Assembly: GCA_030704615.1 (NCBI GenBank)
Contig: CM060732.1
Span: 35,650,001-35,714,000, forward strand
From: Takakia lepidozioides
Taxonomy: Eukaryota > Plantae > Bryophyta
Length of the DNA: 64,000 nucleotides
Direction of reading: 5' to 3'
The translations under genes and the position numbers were made by a program. How positions within the stretch are numbered: the first letter of the stretch is position 1; each line of letters opens with the position of its first letter. Positions 35,901-49,329 of the stretch are shown piece by piece. Under the pieces are notes generated by a model. It had not been told where the DNA came from. It ran no database searches and was given only the letters and a program-made list of their open reading frames with translations.

Positions 35901-38835
35901 GAGCGTCTCTTTGGTGAGAGAACCCCGGACAGTGTATCAGAAAATGAATACTGTCTTCAGATTGCCCACACAACGGGCAATTGCACTCTCCCGTTCCTCT
36001 CTGCTTCTGTTTGCTGTTCAAAGGTAGGCTTCCTGCCCTGAGTTTAAATTTCAGTCTAGTGCCGAGAGTGGGTAGACCCTTGAGGTCATCCAAGATGTCC
36101 TCCCCCATGTCACAGACTGGAAACAAGTTCAGGGAAGTTTTCTGCCTAACTTCATTTTCATCAGACAATCTCATGGCAACAGACATGGCTGAGGACACTA
36201 CAGCCTCTAAGTCAGATTTATCCAGCAGGGTCAAGACTTGCGGATCCAGGTCCAGGTCCTTGAGGATCTCTTCTACTCTCTTCTGCCAGGACTTAGCCTG
36301 TTTGACAGGGCAGTCCTGTTTCCAAGATATAGAGTCGATTAACTTAGGATATCTGGTGTTGGGCATATGTTGCAGCTGACCCCACCATCTGACCTTGAAT
36401 TCATCTCGTCGGGAGCTTAAGGACGGAATGCCAAACTCACCCCGAACAGCCACATTGGCTGTTTTGGAGCATGCTGACAGACACTCCTTAAGCACCCCCA
36501 CTTGAATGGATTCTAGAGACTTAGCCTGGTTGGAGTTATCAACCCATATAGCAGATCCGTACTCCAAGGCAGGTCTAATAACGCGACAAAGCATGGTTTT
36601 CTTAACCTCAGAGTTGACCCCTCTGCAGTGGAAAAATTTAGTGAGCCCCAGAGCTTTGCCCTTGCCAGTTTGAACAACTTTCTGGATATGTGCATCCCAA
36701 TTACAATTGGAGGAGAACTCAACGCCCAGGTAAGTGTAGGAAGGGAGGACCGGGATCTCTTGGCTACCCCACTGCCACTTAAGATCACTTCCTCCCTCTC
36801 CTCTGTCGTTGAATGCTACCACTGCACATTTGCTGACATTAGCCTCTAGCCCCCAAAGATCAAAGTATCTCTTCGCGCAATCAATCAACTCCTGGAGATT
36901 GGTTGGAGTCTCCCCTATGCCTGCGAAGTCATCCGCAAACATAAGGGCTGGTATGGTGGTATCACCCACCCAAATCCCTCACTTTCCACATCCTCGAGGA
37001 GTTGATTGATGAAAACATTGAAGAGCAGAGGGGAGAGAGTACATCCTTGAGCTACACCTTGGTCTATGTCGAAGAAGTTGGACTTCTGTCCGTTAACAGT
37101 GACACAGCTTTTGGTGTGAGCATACAAGTTGTGGACAACTCTCCACATCTTTCCCTTGATCCCACAAGACCAGAGGCGGAACCATAGGCCATCTCTCCAC
37201 ACTGTGTCATAAGCCTTTTTGACATCCAGGAAAAAGACATAAGTGGGTTTCCCTTCTTTTTTCCTTCCCTGGATAATCTGGCTTAGAGTGAAGATATGGT
37301 CCACACAGCCCCTGTTTCGCCGAAAGCCAGCTTGGCCTTCGTGGAAACAACCTCTAGACTCCAGATCAACCTCGAGACGAGTACTTATAACTCTGCAGAA
37401 TGTCTTGCCAACAGCATTGAGGAGCGTGATGCCACGGTAGTTCCCCGGTTCTTCTCTGTCACCCTTCTTGTATAGATTGACAATGACCCCCTGTCGCCAG
37501 CGAAAGGGGATCATTTCAGTCTTCCAGATAAGGTTAAAGAGGAGAACTAGGGCCTCTATCATGGGATCACCACCGTGCTTGATAAGCTCGTTGACAATTC
37601 CATCAGGTCCACCAGCTTTATATCCATTTAAATGTTCAATTGCTTCCACAATCTCAGAAGAACTAATGGGAGCATTATAAGCCATTGAAATTGAATCCAG
37701 TTCATCAGGGCTGTTTTGAATCATAGGAACAGTTTTTCCAACTGTGTCCCTCCATTCAGCAGAAGACCCCTCACTGTTAGACCTAGAAGTTCTGCCAAGG
37801 TTACCCCATGTGTAGATTTTGCTCGTCTTGTGTAAACTTTGAGAATTGGTAAACCATTCAGGGTACCAAATCTTTCAGTTACACGACGCACAGGCTCCGC
37901 ACACATAGGGGCAGATTGTCCGTCAGACTGCTTGGGGACAATTACCCCGTGTATAGATTTTGCTCGTCTTGTGTAGACTTTGAGGATTGGTAAACCATTT
38001 AGAGTACCAAATCCTTCAGTTACACGACGTTCAGGCTCTGCACACTTAGGGACAGATTGTCCATCTGACGGCTTGGGGACAATTACCCCGTGTATAGAAT
38101 TTGTTCGTCTTGTGTAAACCTTGAGGATTGGTAAACCATTCAGAGTACCAAATCCTTCAGATTCAAGACGTTCAGGTTCCGTACACTTAGGGGCATCTTG
38201 TCCTTCTGGCTGTTTGGATTCAACCTCATCCAGAGCATCAAACCGATTAGAAACTCTCAAGATGAAGTTGTTGCCCTTGGCTGTCTTCCTAGAGCGCCCC
38301 ATTGAATCACCAATGTCTAAGACCGCTCTCCAGCCAGTCAAGGGACCAACCTGAGCCAACAGGAACCAACCCGAGCCCAAGTGCCAAGTATGCTAGACAG
38401 AGCATACGACTGCCCAATTTGGGCGGAGGGGCTGCCCCCAAGCGGTAGGAGTCCGCTTGTTACCATTCAGAGATCACACTCCAGGGAGTTGCAGGGAATG
38501 GCCCGTGTAGGCATATTCTAAAGAGGGAAAGGCCCCAAGCTTTCCAACTAAATCCAATGCACTACCTTACCTGAAGCAAAGCGCTTCAGGTCAAAACAAA
38601 CAAGGACACGAGGTCACAAGGCCGGCATTTAGTCACAGAGACATTAATGTACTCCCGTTTCAAGTCCACCCAATGTCAATAGGCTTCCTAGAGGACAGGG
38701 AGAAAAGAGAGAGAGAGAGAGAGATTGTACTCATAAGACGTTGTTTGCCGTAGCCTTGTGGCCATTGACCCCGCGCCCAGTTTGAGCGGGAACAAAAGGG
38801 ACAGAACCTACCTCTGTCAGGGGCTGACGTTGGTA

Positions 38836-38874
<39 letters not shown>

Positions 38875-40708
38875 TACTCATAAGACGTTGTTTGCGGTAG
38901 CCTTGTGGCCATTGACCCCGCGTCCAGTTTGGATGGATCATAAAGGGACAGAACCTACCTCAGTCAGGGCTGACGTCGGTAGTAAGACTTACCCTCATAA
39001 AGGACGTTGATTCGGGTTTTCCAGATATCCTCTAGAAATCCTTTCACACAAGCATCAATCTGCTGTGTGTGGTTTGTCCAGTAACTAGGCCTCAGAAGGG
39101 CCTGGGCTTTTGGCTCAGCCTCGAGACTTTCAAAGTTGGTAAACATAGGTACAGGCACAATTCTCTAGATTGGAGGAGAGCTTCTCTCTGTTGAGAGTAC
39201 CCCGGACAGTGAATCAGAAAATGAATATTGTCTTCGGGTTGCCCACACAACGGGCAATTGCACTCTCCCGTTCCTCTCTGCTTCTGTTTACTGTTCAAAG
39301 GTAGGCTTCCTGCCCTGAGTTTAAATTTCAGTCTGGTGCCGAGAGTGGGTAGACCCTTGAGGTCATCCATGATATCCCCTCCCATGTCACGGACTGGAAA
39401 CAAGTTCAGGGAAGTTTTCTGCCTAACTTCATTTTCATCGGACAATTTTCTGGTAACAGGCATGGCTTTGGACACTACAGTCTCTAAGTCGGATTTATCC
39501 AGCAAGGTCAAGACTTGCGGGTCCAGATTCAGATCCTTGAGAGTCTCTTCTACTCTCTTCTGCCAGGACTTAGCCTGTTTGACAGGGTGGTCCTGTTTCC
39601 AAGATATAGAGTCGATTAACATAGGATATCTGGTGTTGGACTTGTGTTGCAACTGACCCCACCATCTGACCTTGAATTCATCTCGTCGGGAGCTTAAGGG
39701 ATGCCAAACTCACCCCGAACAGCCACATTGGCTGTTTTGGAGCATGCTGACATGCACTCCCTAAGCACCCCCACTTTAATGGATTCTAGAGACTTAGCCT
39801 GGTTGGAGTTATCAACCCATATAGCAGATCCGTACTCCAAGGCAGGTCTGATAACGCGGCAAAGCAAGGTTTTCTTGACCTCAGAGTAAATCCCTCTGCA
39901 GTGGAAAAATTTAGTGTGACTCAGCGCTTTGCCCTTGCCAGTCTGAACAACTTTCTGGATATGTGCATCCCAGTTACAGTTGGAGGAAAACTCAACGTCC
40001 AGGTATGTGTAGGGAGAGAGGACTGGAATCTCTTGGCTACCCCACTGCCACACTTAAGATCACTTCCTCCCTCTCCTCTGTCGTTGAATGCCACCACTGC
40101 ACATATACTGACATTAGCCTCTAGCCCCCAAAGATCAACGTATCTCTTCGCGCAATCAATCAATTCCTGGAGGTTGGAAGGAGTCTCCCCTATGCCTGCG
40201 AAGTCATCCGCAAACATAAGGGCTGGAATGGTGGCATCACCCACCCTTAACCCAAATCCCTCACGTTCCACATCCTCGAGGAGTTGATTGATGAAAACAT
40301 TGAAGAGCAGAGGGGAGAGGGTACATCCTTGAGCTACACCTTGGTCTATGTCAAAGAAGTTAGACTTCTGTCCATTAACAGTGACACAGCTTTTGGTGTG
40401 AGCATACAAGTTATGGACAACTCTCCACAGTTTTCCCCCGCAAGACCAAAGGCGGAGCCATAGACCATCTCTCCACACTGTGTCATAAGCCTTTTTGACA
40501 TCCAAGAAGAAAACATAAGTGGGTTTCCCTTCTTTTTTCCTTCCCTGGATAATCTGGCTTAGAGTGAAGATATGGTCCACACAGCCCCTGTTTCGCCGAA
40601 AGCCAGCTTGGCCTTCGTGAAAACAACCTCTAGATTCCAGATCAACCTCGAGACGAGTACTTATAACTCTGCAAAATATCTTGCCAACAGCATTGAGAAG
40701 CGTGATGC

Positions 40709-40745
<37 letters not shown>

Positions 40746-43700
40746 TGTTGGGTCCCTAAAACCCTCACCTAAAACCCTAGGCTATGGGGATGATGAAGCT
40801 AGCTGTTTGGAAATACAGGATCTGGAGGTGGAGGAAGCAAATCGCGTGAGAAAGATGAACGCCTCAAGGAGGCCCTAGATACAGCTTCAGCTCTCAGAGA
40901 AGAGCTTGAAAGTCTCAAGAAACTAAGGTCTGATTGATTTCTAGCATGTCTCCCAATGTAAATATGGTTGGCCTTGACACACTTGCGTGTACATTCCAGT
41001 TGATCCAAACTTATAGAGTTACTGAACTTTGAAAGATGACAACCTTCTTCAGGAAAATTGAAGCAGTAGGAGGCAAGCGTCGGCGAGAGGATGGAGCGGA
41101 AGCCGAAGTAGATAATGTTGGCAGTCTATTCCAGCCCACCGATATGGGCAGGGAAGCTTATGGAGAATGCAGCAATGTTGGCCACAAGTCATTGCTAGTG
41201 AAGACAAGGAGCCCTACAAAACAAATGCAGCCAGGTAAAGACCCCTGGTCCCTGCCATGGGACGCGGGAAGACCTCTGCCACTGGACACACATGGGACAG
41301 CAAGCGGCCCTGGGCCTTCCCAGAAACACACTTTAGAGTCCCACCAGAACAAGGCCTTGTTTCAAGGAGAGTCTTCTGGTGCTGTGCCCTTTGAGACCGT
41401 GCTTAGAGCTCGGACACTCAATGATGGTGCGTACACTCTTCTTGCTCTCCTTATTCTGTGTCTGACAGTTTTTGTCGTCTGTGGTCTGACAGTGATGTCT
41501 CTGATTTTGCCTTCTGCACACTTAGTTTTGCACTGTTCCCTGCATGATTAACTGGTATACATATAGACAAACCTACTTTTTTATGACAGAAGGGCAATAA
41601 CTTCTTATTGTGGTTGGCTGAATTGGAGGGCCTGAATCCTCCAGTCAATTACCAGCTCAAAGCTTTGCTTTGTGGATCACATAGCTCAATACAGTTCTAG
41701 TTTGGACTCTGCAGGTTGTGTGAATTCAATTCCAATAGAGAGGACAAGATCCGAGTCATATCAGGTAAGCACCCATGTTTTTTACCAAGTTTGTAACTTC
41801 CTTGTTTCCAAACACTTCGGATTGAATATGTGGAATTCGAAATTTCTCCTTTACTCACCAAAAATTCATCCTTTGTGTGTTTTAGCCTATGTTCAGGGGT
41901 TGTCTTTACCGACGTGCATGTTGAGGTCTTTTCCAGATGTGTCAGTACATGTCAACAAATCTCCCAGCTTTTCCTTTGCTGAATGACAGATTCCCGAGGT
42001 GCCTAGCGAAGAACCCACAACAACTGCCAATGGATGTGCTGATGTGGGGATAGAGACAGGAAGGCCGGCTGCTCATGGGAGAGGTCCGGGGATGAAAAAC
42101 GCTTTGGGTATGGGTGAACTTACTCACAGGCTCCAACAAATTTGGGGTACTGGGGGTGCAAGAGATGATGGTGTTGCCCTCCTGCCTGAGATGTTTGCAG
42201 TGTGCCGCGAAGAGTTGTACCTTTTGTTAACAAATGAGGCCTATGCGGATGATAGTAGGAAAGGAAGACTGTCAGCTCCAGAAGGTTCAAAATGTTTGAA
42301 GCGAAGGGAAAGTCTTACCAGCCAGTTGACCCCTGACAAGAGAGATTCAGTTGCATTGAAGTTACATAACACTTTGGCAAACGTAAGCCATGTCTGCTAC
42401 CCCTCAGGGTTGGGAAGGGTCGTGTCAGGTGTACGAGCAAGTAGCCTTTGTTAGGTCACCACCTGTTGCATGGGTCTGTCTATCTGTTCAATTTTGTCTT
42501 TCTCTGGCCTCTCTTGGTCTGTGTTGCCTACAATGAGACCCAAGATTGAAATTGGCCATTAGCAGAGAATCATGTATCGAGAAGTGATCCAAGAACCTCT
42601 CTTCATTTTGGCCCTTACGGAACTGAACGGGCAGTGAAATAAGACCAGACATGTTTTATACTGAATTTTTACTCCTTTTCTTTCTGCCATGAATGCAGGT
42701 GGCCAATAAGCTGGCGTCTGCAGCAACTCTCATTGGTCCCTTGCTCGAGTATTGCCACTTTGTGAATGTATGTGGAGAGAGCTGTCAACATTTGTCTGTG
42801 TTCTCTTGTTGTTATCAAAGGCTTGTTCAAATGTGCCATAGCATGTTGTTTTTTGTGTTATTATGTCAATCAGTAAGTTTCTGCAAATGTAATTCATGTC
42901 AGTAATGTTTCTGTCGCATACTCTACAAGTCATCTTGCTGCCGAAACCTATGGCTGGCGGTCTCTGAACCAAATCTGGTCAGGTTGCACTTCAACTCGAA
43001 TGAAATGGAAGGAAGTATCTGACTTTGTGATGATCCCCCTCAGATGCACATTGTACAAAGTGCTCTTCATGTGTTGCACTGCATACTCCACCACAACTCT
43101 GGCTGCAGGGAGAGGGTGCTTGGAAGGTTTGTGACTTCGCTCTTTCGTCTTGTTGGCCCAAAGTTTTGGCTCTTTTCATTGTGTGATTTATATTTTTTTG
43201 GAATGTCTGTGTCTTACAATAATGCATAGTCTTTTGCTGGACGTCTCTATGTGCATGTTTTATCACCAATGTTGATTCTATGTCATCACCATGCATGCCC
43301 AATGTGATGGATCCTTCTACCGCACCTCTTTACTGGTGGAATGAAAGTGATGAAGTCAGTGGGGTTGAGCTGAGCAAAGGGTCAATTGCAGGATTAATAA
43401 CTTTTTAACATGCTCTACGTTGTTTCTCTACCAGCACTGGCTCCATAAACTCCAGCATTGATGCTCAACCCGGAGAAGCAGGTGTCTCGGTAAGCTTGAA
43501 AAAATTGAATGTGAGATATGAAGGAAAAGGATGGTTCATTGCCTATGGCAGCCCTGAAGCAACTAACAAAAGGCCCAACTCACTTCCGGTGACTGAGGAC
43601 AGGGGCACTCTCCCTCGTTTCTCTTCACCAAGGATTATCTGCTGGCCGCTTGGGTCAGCCAGCAATCCAGTGGCCAAAATCTTGGACTCCACAAGGACCT

Positions 43701-46179
43701 TGCCAGATGGAACCATGGGCAAGGTCACCAGAATTCCTGCTCCTAAGCTGCAAGATGCCAGTGGAGCTGAAAGGGAGGTGCCACATGGGAGTGATGAAAC
43801 CAAGGTGGAGGAAGGGCACAGAGATCTACCTCCATTTGTCCAGTGGTTATTGGACTTGGCCTTGCAGTCTCTGAGCTCTGGTGTGAGATTTGAGGCAACA
43901 GCTATAATCTGCATACTGGTGGTGCACAGTGAACCATTAGTAGAAAGGGCAAAGTAAGTCTCCATATTGATAATGCTCTTATGCTCTCTCAAAGAGGAGA
44001 GCCAACTACAAATGGTTGTCGTTTATATGTTTGAACATTCCGCCAGTAACTCAGTCCTTCACAATCCATTTGGTGGTTCAATTGCATAACGAGTTTGTCC
44101 TGACCGACTCACTTGATGTGCAGATTTGGGCCTCTGTTTTGGGAAGGTGGCCTGGAATCACTGCTGAAGGAAAGTGTGGGTGTAGATGTACAATTGCAGG
44201 CTGTCCGGCTGGTGCACCTTCTCTTACATTGTAGGTCTGCACCCGATCTCTTCTCCACTCAATTGTTAGAATCTTTTCCCTACCACATAGCTTTTCATGA
44301 TGGATCTGTAACACAGGAGAAGCTCTAATGTATACATCATTTCCACTTTGTTGCAAATGCATAGTGGTAGCCATGTCACCCTGTCGGATTCTGTGTTTGC
44401 TAGAGCTGAATTCCATGTAAGTTGTGTATTTTGATACTAATACCAGAGCGCAAGCCTATCGAGCATTAGCAGATGTACCTGTAAGCAAAGAAAATGTTCT
44501 TGTAACCCCATTGCAGGACCTGCTTGTGAATGAGACCGGTTTGTCATTTCCTGCAAATTTCAATGTTATATAGTGTTAGTGCAAAGTAACTTAAGTCCCC
44601 TCCTGTTATGATTCAGGTCCTGTTCTTTTCCAACGTTTTTGCACTACTGAGGAATCCATCCAGAGGGGTGATGCCTCAGAGACTGGAAGAAATCACAACT
44701 GCAGGCCAAATCAAACTGACAAATTCACCATGGAGGAATCAAATGTTGACAGCCAAGTGGAGCGGAAAGAATCGGGAACAGACATGCACCGTAGGTCCAG
44801 GTTGGGTGTAGTCAGGTCTTCCAAGCAAGGGTTGGATGGAAAGGGCAGAAAATGGGAGGGGTTGGGAGCATTGGCTGCTTGTTTGAGATACACTGGCAAC
44901 AGTCTCCAGGTAATTCCTCTCTTCAGTGTGGAGTTTGTTCAGGGGGAGTTCACATCTGTATGTCTGGACATTTTGCGAAAAGCACAGAAAAGATTGATTG
45001 TTTGACTCCCTCCCATGAGGGAGGGAATCAAACATTTGGGGTCCTTTGATGTGTTCTCTTTGGTTATCTTGTAATCCCACTGCGTCCCTTTGGTTTTCTA
45101 CTTATTTCTTCTCTTCTCAGGCATTCTTTGTCCCATGCTCTTTGGGCTTCATGGGGACATTGTGAAGTTCCTTTCTTCCTCTTGGTATGTCCATGTAGTG
45201 CAAACTTATGAACAAATCGAAACTTGGAAATCTCAACTGGATTTCAATGGCACATTGGATTTCTGGGACCAACTGTGAAATATTCTATACAAGTGCACTT
45301 TGAATCTTCTGTGCAGGAATACTCCTTGAGAAGGAATGTAGTACGTGTGCTGGCATTCCTCACTACATCTGGAGATTGTGGTACTGCAATCCTTGTTGAA
45401 ATGCCTTTGAAGCAAAATGGTTGTGGACCAATAGGAGGCCCTACAGATGACCGGCAGCGAGGGGAAGGAGTCATAGGCGTCCAGAGTGACAGTTTGCAAC
45501 AACCAGAGGTGGAAGGAGAGGCTTCAGGTGGCCTCCATGCAATGCCGGGGAACAGTAATATACCGGTGACTGGTTCATCAATTGGGGATGGAGTAGACAG
45601 GGCCTCAACGGAGCATGCTAGGCAAGGTGTAGTTCTAGATGAGGCAGAGAATGGGCAAAGTATTCCAAGGCATCTGGTAGCACTTTTGGGTATGGAGCTC
45701 GATGCAGAGGACAACGATGAAAAGACAAGTAATGCTACAGGCCCAGCAGAAGAGAGGTAAATGTACAGAAGGGGCTCATAACAGTCAGTCCTTGCACGAC
45801 TTGACAGCATTGGACAGCGAGTTTAGAATATTTCAATTGTGGGAAGGGAGGGGCATATCTGGCGTATGTAGGCACTTGAAATGACAAGTTTTGAGCCATG
45901 TGCAGGGCATGCTTGATTCGGGAGGCTCTGACATTGCTTTGCCAACTCTCATCGCACAGAGTTCATTCTTCAACGGTTTTGGCATTGCTTACGATCGACA
46001 AAGAAACCACTAGAGTAACTCTTAGTGCCTTGAATCACTTGATTATTTGGGGCTCCCGGGGTGAGATGTCCAGTTCTGTCCAGAAAATGGCAGGCAACTT
46101 CAGAGACATGGTGGAGCTAGCAAGAGGCCTGCGAAGACAGGTTATGTCAGGGTTGACGGAATTTCAGGATAGTCTCTAG
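32945..46179 (+). CDS. SUV2: ATR-interacting protein (SUV2/ATRIP), 14 predicted exons: 32945-33661, 34111-34185, 34392-34433, 40819(or 40803)-40927, 41053-41426, 41715-41764, 41990-42382, 42699-42767, 43044-43126, 43435-43953, 44124-44230, 44617-44909, 45317-45756, 45906-46179
   Basis: Coiled coil EKDGAISILRSRL..ELSFK; C-terminal helical blocks (VRFEATAIICILV, QAVRLVHLLLHC, LIREALTLLCQL, DMVELARGLRRQV) resemble plant SUV2. Splice phases are consistent except in exon 4. Confidence 0.82.
35190..35579 (-). mobile_element. Rearranged duplicates of the LINE 3' end
   Basis: Partial copies of 35590-35900. Confidence 0.8.
35580..37724 (-). mobile_element. Non-LTR retrotransposon (LINE) RT and C-terminal CCHC, copy 1
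   Basis: GPDGI, NYRGITLL, QAGFR, FLDVKKAYD, GVAQGCTLSP, FADD, CPLC..HFLIHC; frameshift near 36970. Confidence 0.92.
37721..38380 (-). CDS. ORF1-like frame with three 141-bp (47-aa) tandem repeats upstream of the LINE RT
   Basis: VSNRFDAL motif; repeat starts at 37801, 37942 and 38083. Confidence 0.5.
   Translation of the reverse strand: MGSGWFLLAQVGPLTGWRAVLDIGDSMGRSRKTAKGNNFILRVSNRFDALDEVESKQPEGQDAPKCTEPERLESEGFGTLNGLPILKVYTRRTNSIHGVIVPKPSDGQSVPKCAEPERRVTEGFGTLNGLPILKVYTRRAKSIHGVIVPKQSDGQSAPMCAEPVRRVTERFGTLNGLPILKVYTRRAKSTHGVTLAELLGLTVRGLLLNGGTQLEKLFL
38700..40741 (-). mobile_element. LINE copy 2 (5'-truncated, degenerate) with an extra 3'-end duplicate, bounded by (GA)n tracts
   Basis: Collinear with copy 1; (GA)n at about 38707, 38839-38872 and 40712-40741. 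Confidence 0.9.
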
Positions 46180-49100
46180 GCAAGAAGGTTTGGTCATAAT
46201 TTAGGAGGAGCAATATTTTCCCTGGATGTGTCATGGGGATAGCAAACCAGTAAGAGGTCCTTGCTGTAATCCATTTGTCCTCTACCCCTTCTTGCATGAT
46301 TTGTCATATCCATGGCATTTCAAATTGGTCTAGTGGACTCATCTTCCATCTTCTCGATTCAGGCTTTCTCTTTTGCACAAAGTGCATATCAAATAGACAG
46401 GAGGTCACTGCATCATTGTCCTACAAAAGAGTTCGCATGCAGCTCCTATGAAAGAGTTGTTGGAGTACTATCAGCTAGGAGATGCGCCTGTTTTCCATGA
46501 AAGCAAACTTAATGCTGTGCTTCAATTTTTCGCTAGTCCGGAAATGTGTGTAGCTTGTTAAGTTTGCTGCAGTTTTTTGGGGTTCTGGTCTGCTTTGCAG
46601 CTGAAAAGAACAGCTTGACTGCCAGCTCACCGGATTCATAGAATGGTACACACTACACACGATTCTTTTGTCAGTACACACGATACTAGTACACGACATG
46701 GTTTCAATTTTCAGTCGTTGATGCCAGAGATATCGGAGATGGAGTCATCTTATTTTCCGACCTCGTGGTCTTTACACCATAGAGTATCATCAATACATTG
46801 TCTCAACGTTAGTGTAACCCTACAGCTAAGAAAAGATAAAGGTAAAGTTTGTTTAGCTTCTACAGCTGAGAAAAGAGAAAGATACAATGTTGTAACTGAA
46901 ACATCAAGCACTTGTTTGGTCACTGCTCACTGCACTCAAGTCATATCCAAGGTATGTGATAGATTTAGGTGGTGTAAAGAGGCAAAAAAACATTCAGATG
47001 GTACAGTTACACAGTTTTTTCTTCAAAAAGTTATGTGAAAGTTCAGGCAGTTTGAAAAAATGACGATGATGTGGCACTTAGGGACCCTCCTCGTGCTCTA
47101 GTCTAAACACTAATGTGCGACTGTTGGTCGTCACTCGAATTGAGAAGAAAATCAAGGCACCTTCCTTCGTTAATATGATTTAGCTTGGTCATCTTTTTTG
47201 CCATATCTTTGCAAATTCTTTGATTTTTGGAAATGAACCGTTGCATTATGTTTCTCACTACGTCTTCTACTACAGGTTAATGGACGATGAGGCCAATTAT
47301 GTAGGTTTTGCTGGTGGATTATACAATTATACCACGGAATAAGTGTCTAATTGGCCCAGCAGATTCTGCCTATGCACCGACAATGAATACACAAAAATAT
47401 TATGTATGGAGGTACGTATATACATAATAATCCTCATCATCAATCCTTTAGTAACGCGAGGGAATGCCCCTCCGTCCATCGGACTGTTTACACATTCCCT
47501 GGTACATACTATTTTCACAGCATTTCACCGTATGGATTGCAAGATCGAATTTGTAACTTGGAATTCGACCTTTTATGAGACCCTAAACTTAACCCCTAAT
47601 GGACGAGCCAGTTTTTGGTGCACCCACTCTAAAACGAAACATACCCTCATGGATGAGGGTATATTTCTCATTTGACAAACATCCACACGGATGAACCGTA
47701 TGAAGGACACCCTACCTACTTCATCCACTTGCTGTGAAAATTTCAGGTCATTTGGTTGTGTCATTAGAAAGACTATAACAAATTTCCAAGTTGAGAGTAT
47801 TGTATACTCGAATTTGAGAGTGAAAAAATGGTTTGACCAAGCATTTGACCTACCAAAATCAAATTTCATTGATATAGGCCACCCACATTCTGATTATGAG
47901 GCACCTAAAGCATGTTGGCCTAAAATTTCAGAGCCCAAATCCAAAATCTCAGCAGGGTTGCGTTGTATGGGAAAATAGGGGGGTAAATAAGACCATAAGG
48001 TAGATGTGCAGATTAGTGCCCCCCCCCCCCCCCCACAAAAGCAGCAAGCATCACCCCAAAAAACACAAACCGCAAGCATAAGTTGCACTAACCCCTCGTC
48101 CCAAAAATGTGAAAACACAACACCAAAACGCAGACCTCACACCCACGTCACCCACAACCCGATGACCATCATACACAGACGACCCCTAAGTAGCAATATC
48201 CACCACAGAACAGAGAGAACCACACCCCATGCAACACGCACATATGCACTCCACATTGGTGACCACTAGACCTGCCAATACAAGCCAACACCCTGGTGAA
48301 CACTGACACATACAAACAATGCACACGGGCAGAAAAAGACCCACAAAACTGAATTTAGTCACCTCGATCCATGGCGGTGTGCCTCATTTCGGCACACACC
48401 AAGGCACAAGTGGTTGCCGTCACATCCAAGGCAATAATAGTGAGTGCGGATATGACATACAACAACCTATGTGTTGTGTGAAGGCACTGATGCAAATGTG
48501 CAAGAGATATTCTCGGTGTTGTCCATGTTGTTAGTGTAGGTTTATGTTGTCAAGGCATCTGTCAATGCCAGATTGAACTCTAAATGGCTCATGGCCTGCG
48601 CCCCATTTTGGTGACATGGGCTGAATGCAAGATATATGCATTCACTATCGTTGTATCCATAAGAAAAAACAGCCGACGCCACCACGTCTTTATGCACAAT
48701 TGCAAGTTGTACACACCCCAAAGCTGGTATTATAGTACATCTACCCATCGCATATACGTTTGATATTGCACATGTGCAAGCACAGATGACACCGACATTC
48801 TTTGGTGTCCCATAAAATGTCTCACAGTCACAAGAGAGGAGGGCTGCAAGCTGGCCTAGCTGCAGATGTCAGTAAAAAGACTATTTTCTTGTCCTACCAC
48901 AACACTGCAGCTATCTCTCTAGAAGCATGCATCCTGTACCATGACTGGCCTTGCTTTGGCAGTCTTTGATTTTGTCATGGATAACAAAAAGGAAGGAACG
49001 GCCTCTTTCTGTTTAGTCTAACTATAATATCAGTGGTCCAAGTGCCAAGTTTGGCCAAGTCATACAGAAGCTGGAGTGAGGTGAAGTAATTGTGAGTATG

Positions 49101-49329
49101 GTCCAAACCATGGGGTCCTGTGGCAAACCTAGTGACAACATCACAACCTTCTCCCTTACCACTTTTCTGCCTCTAGCCCTCAGGCCTCCCTGGATTCTTG
49201 CCATAGTAAACTCAGAAATTATAGACTGTTAATGGCCATTGGAGCCAAAATGTCGCATTCCTCATGTTTTCTTTTTTGAGGCCCCGTTTTGTTCACGCGA
49301 TGTCCACCTCCACTTGAAATGGTGGGAGT

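Noticed and set aside
46500-49320. Short ORFs downstream of SUV2
   Set aside because: No recognisable motifs; probably intergenic DNA or decayed repeats.
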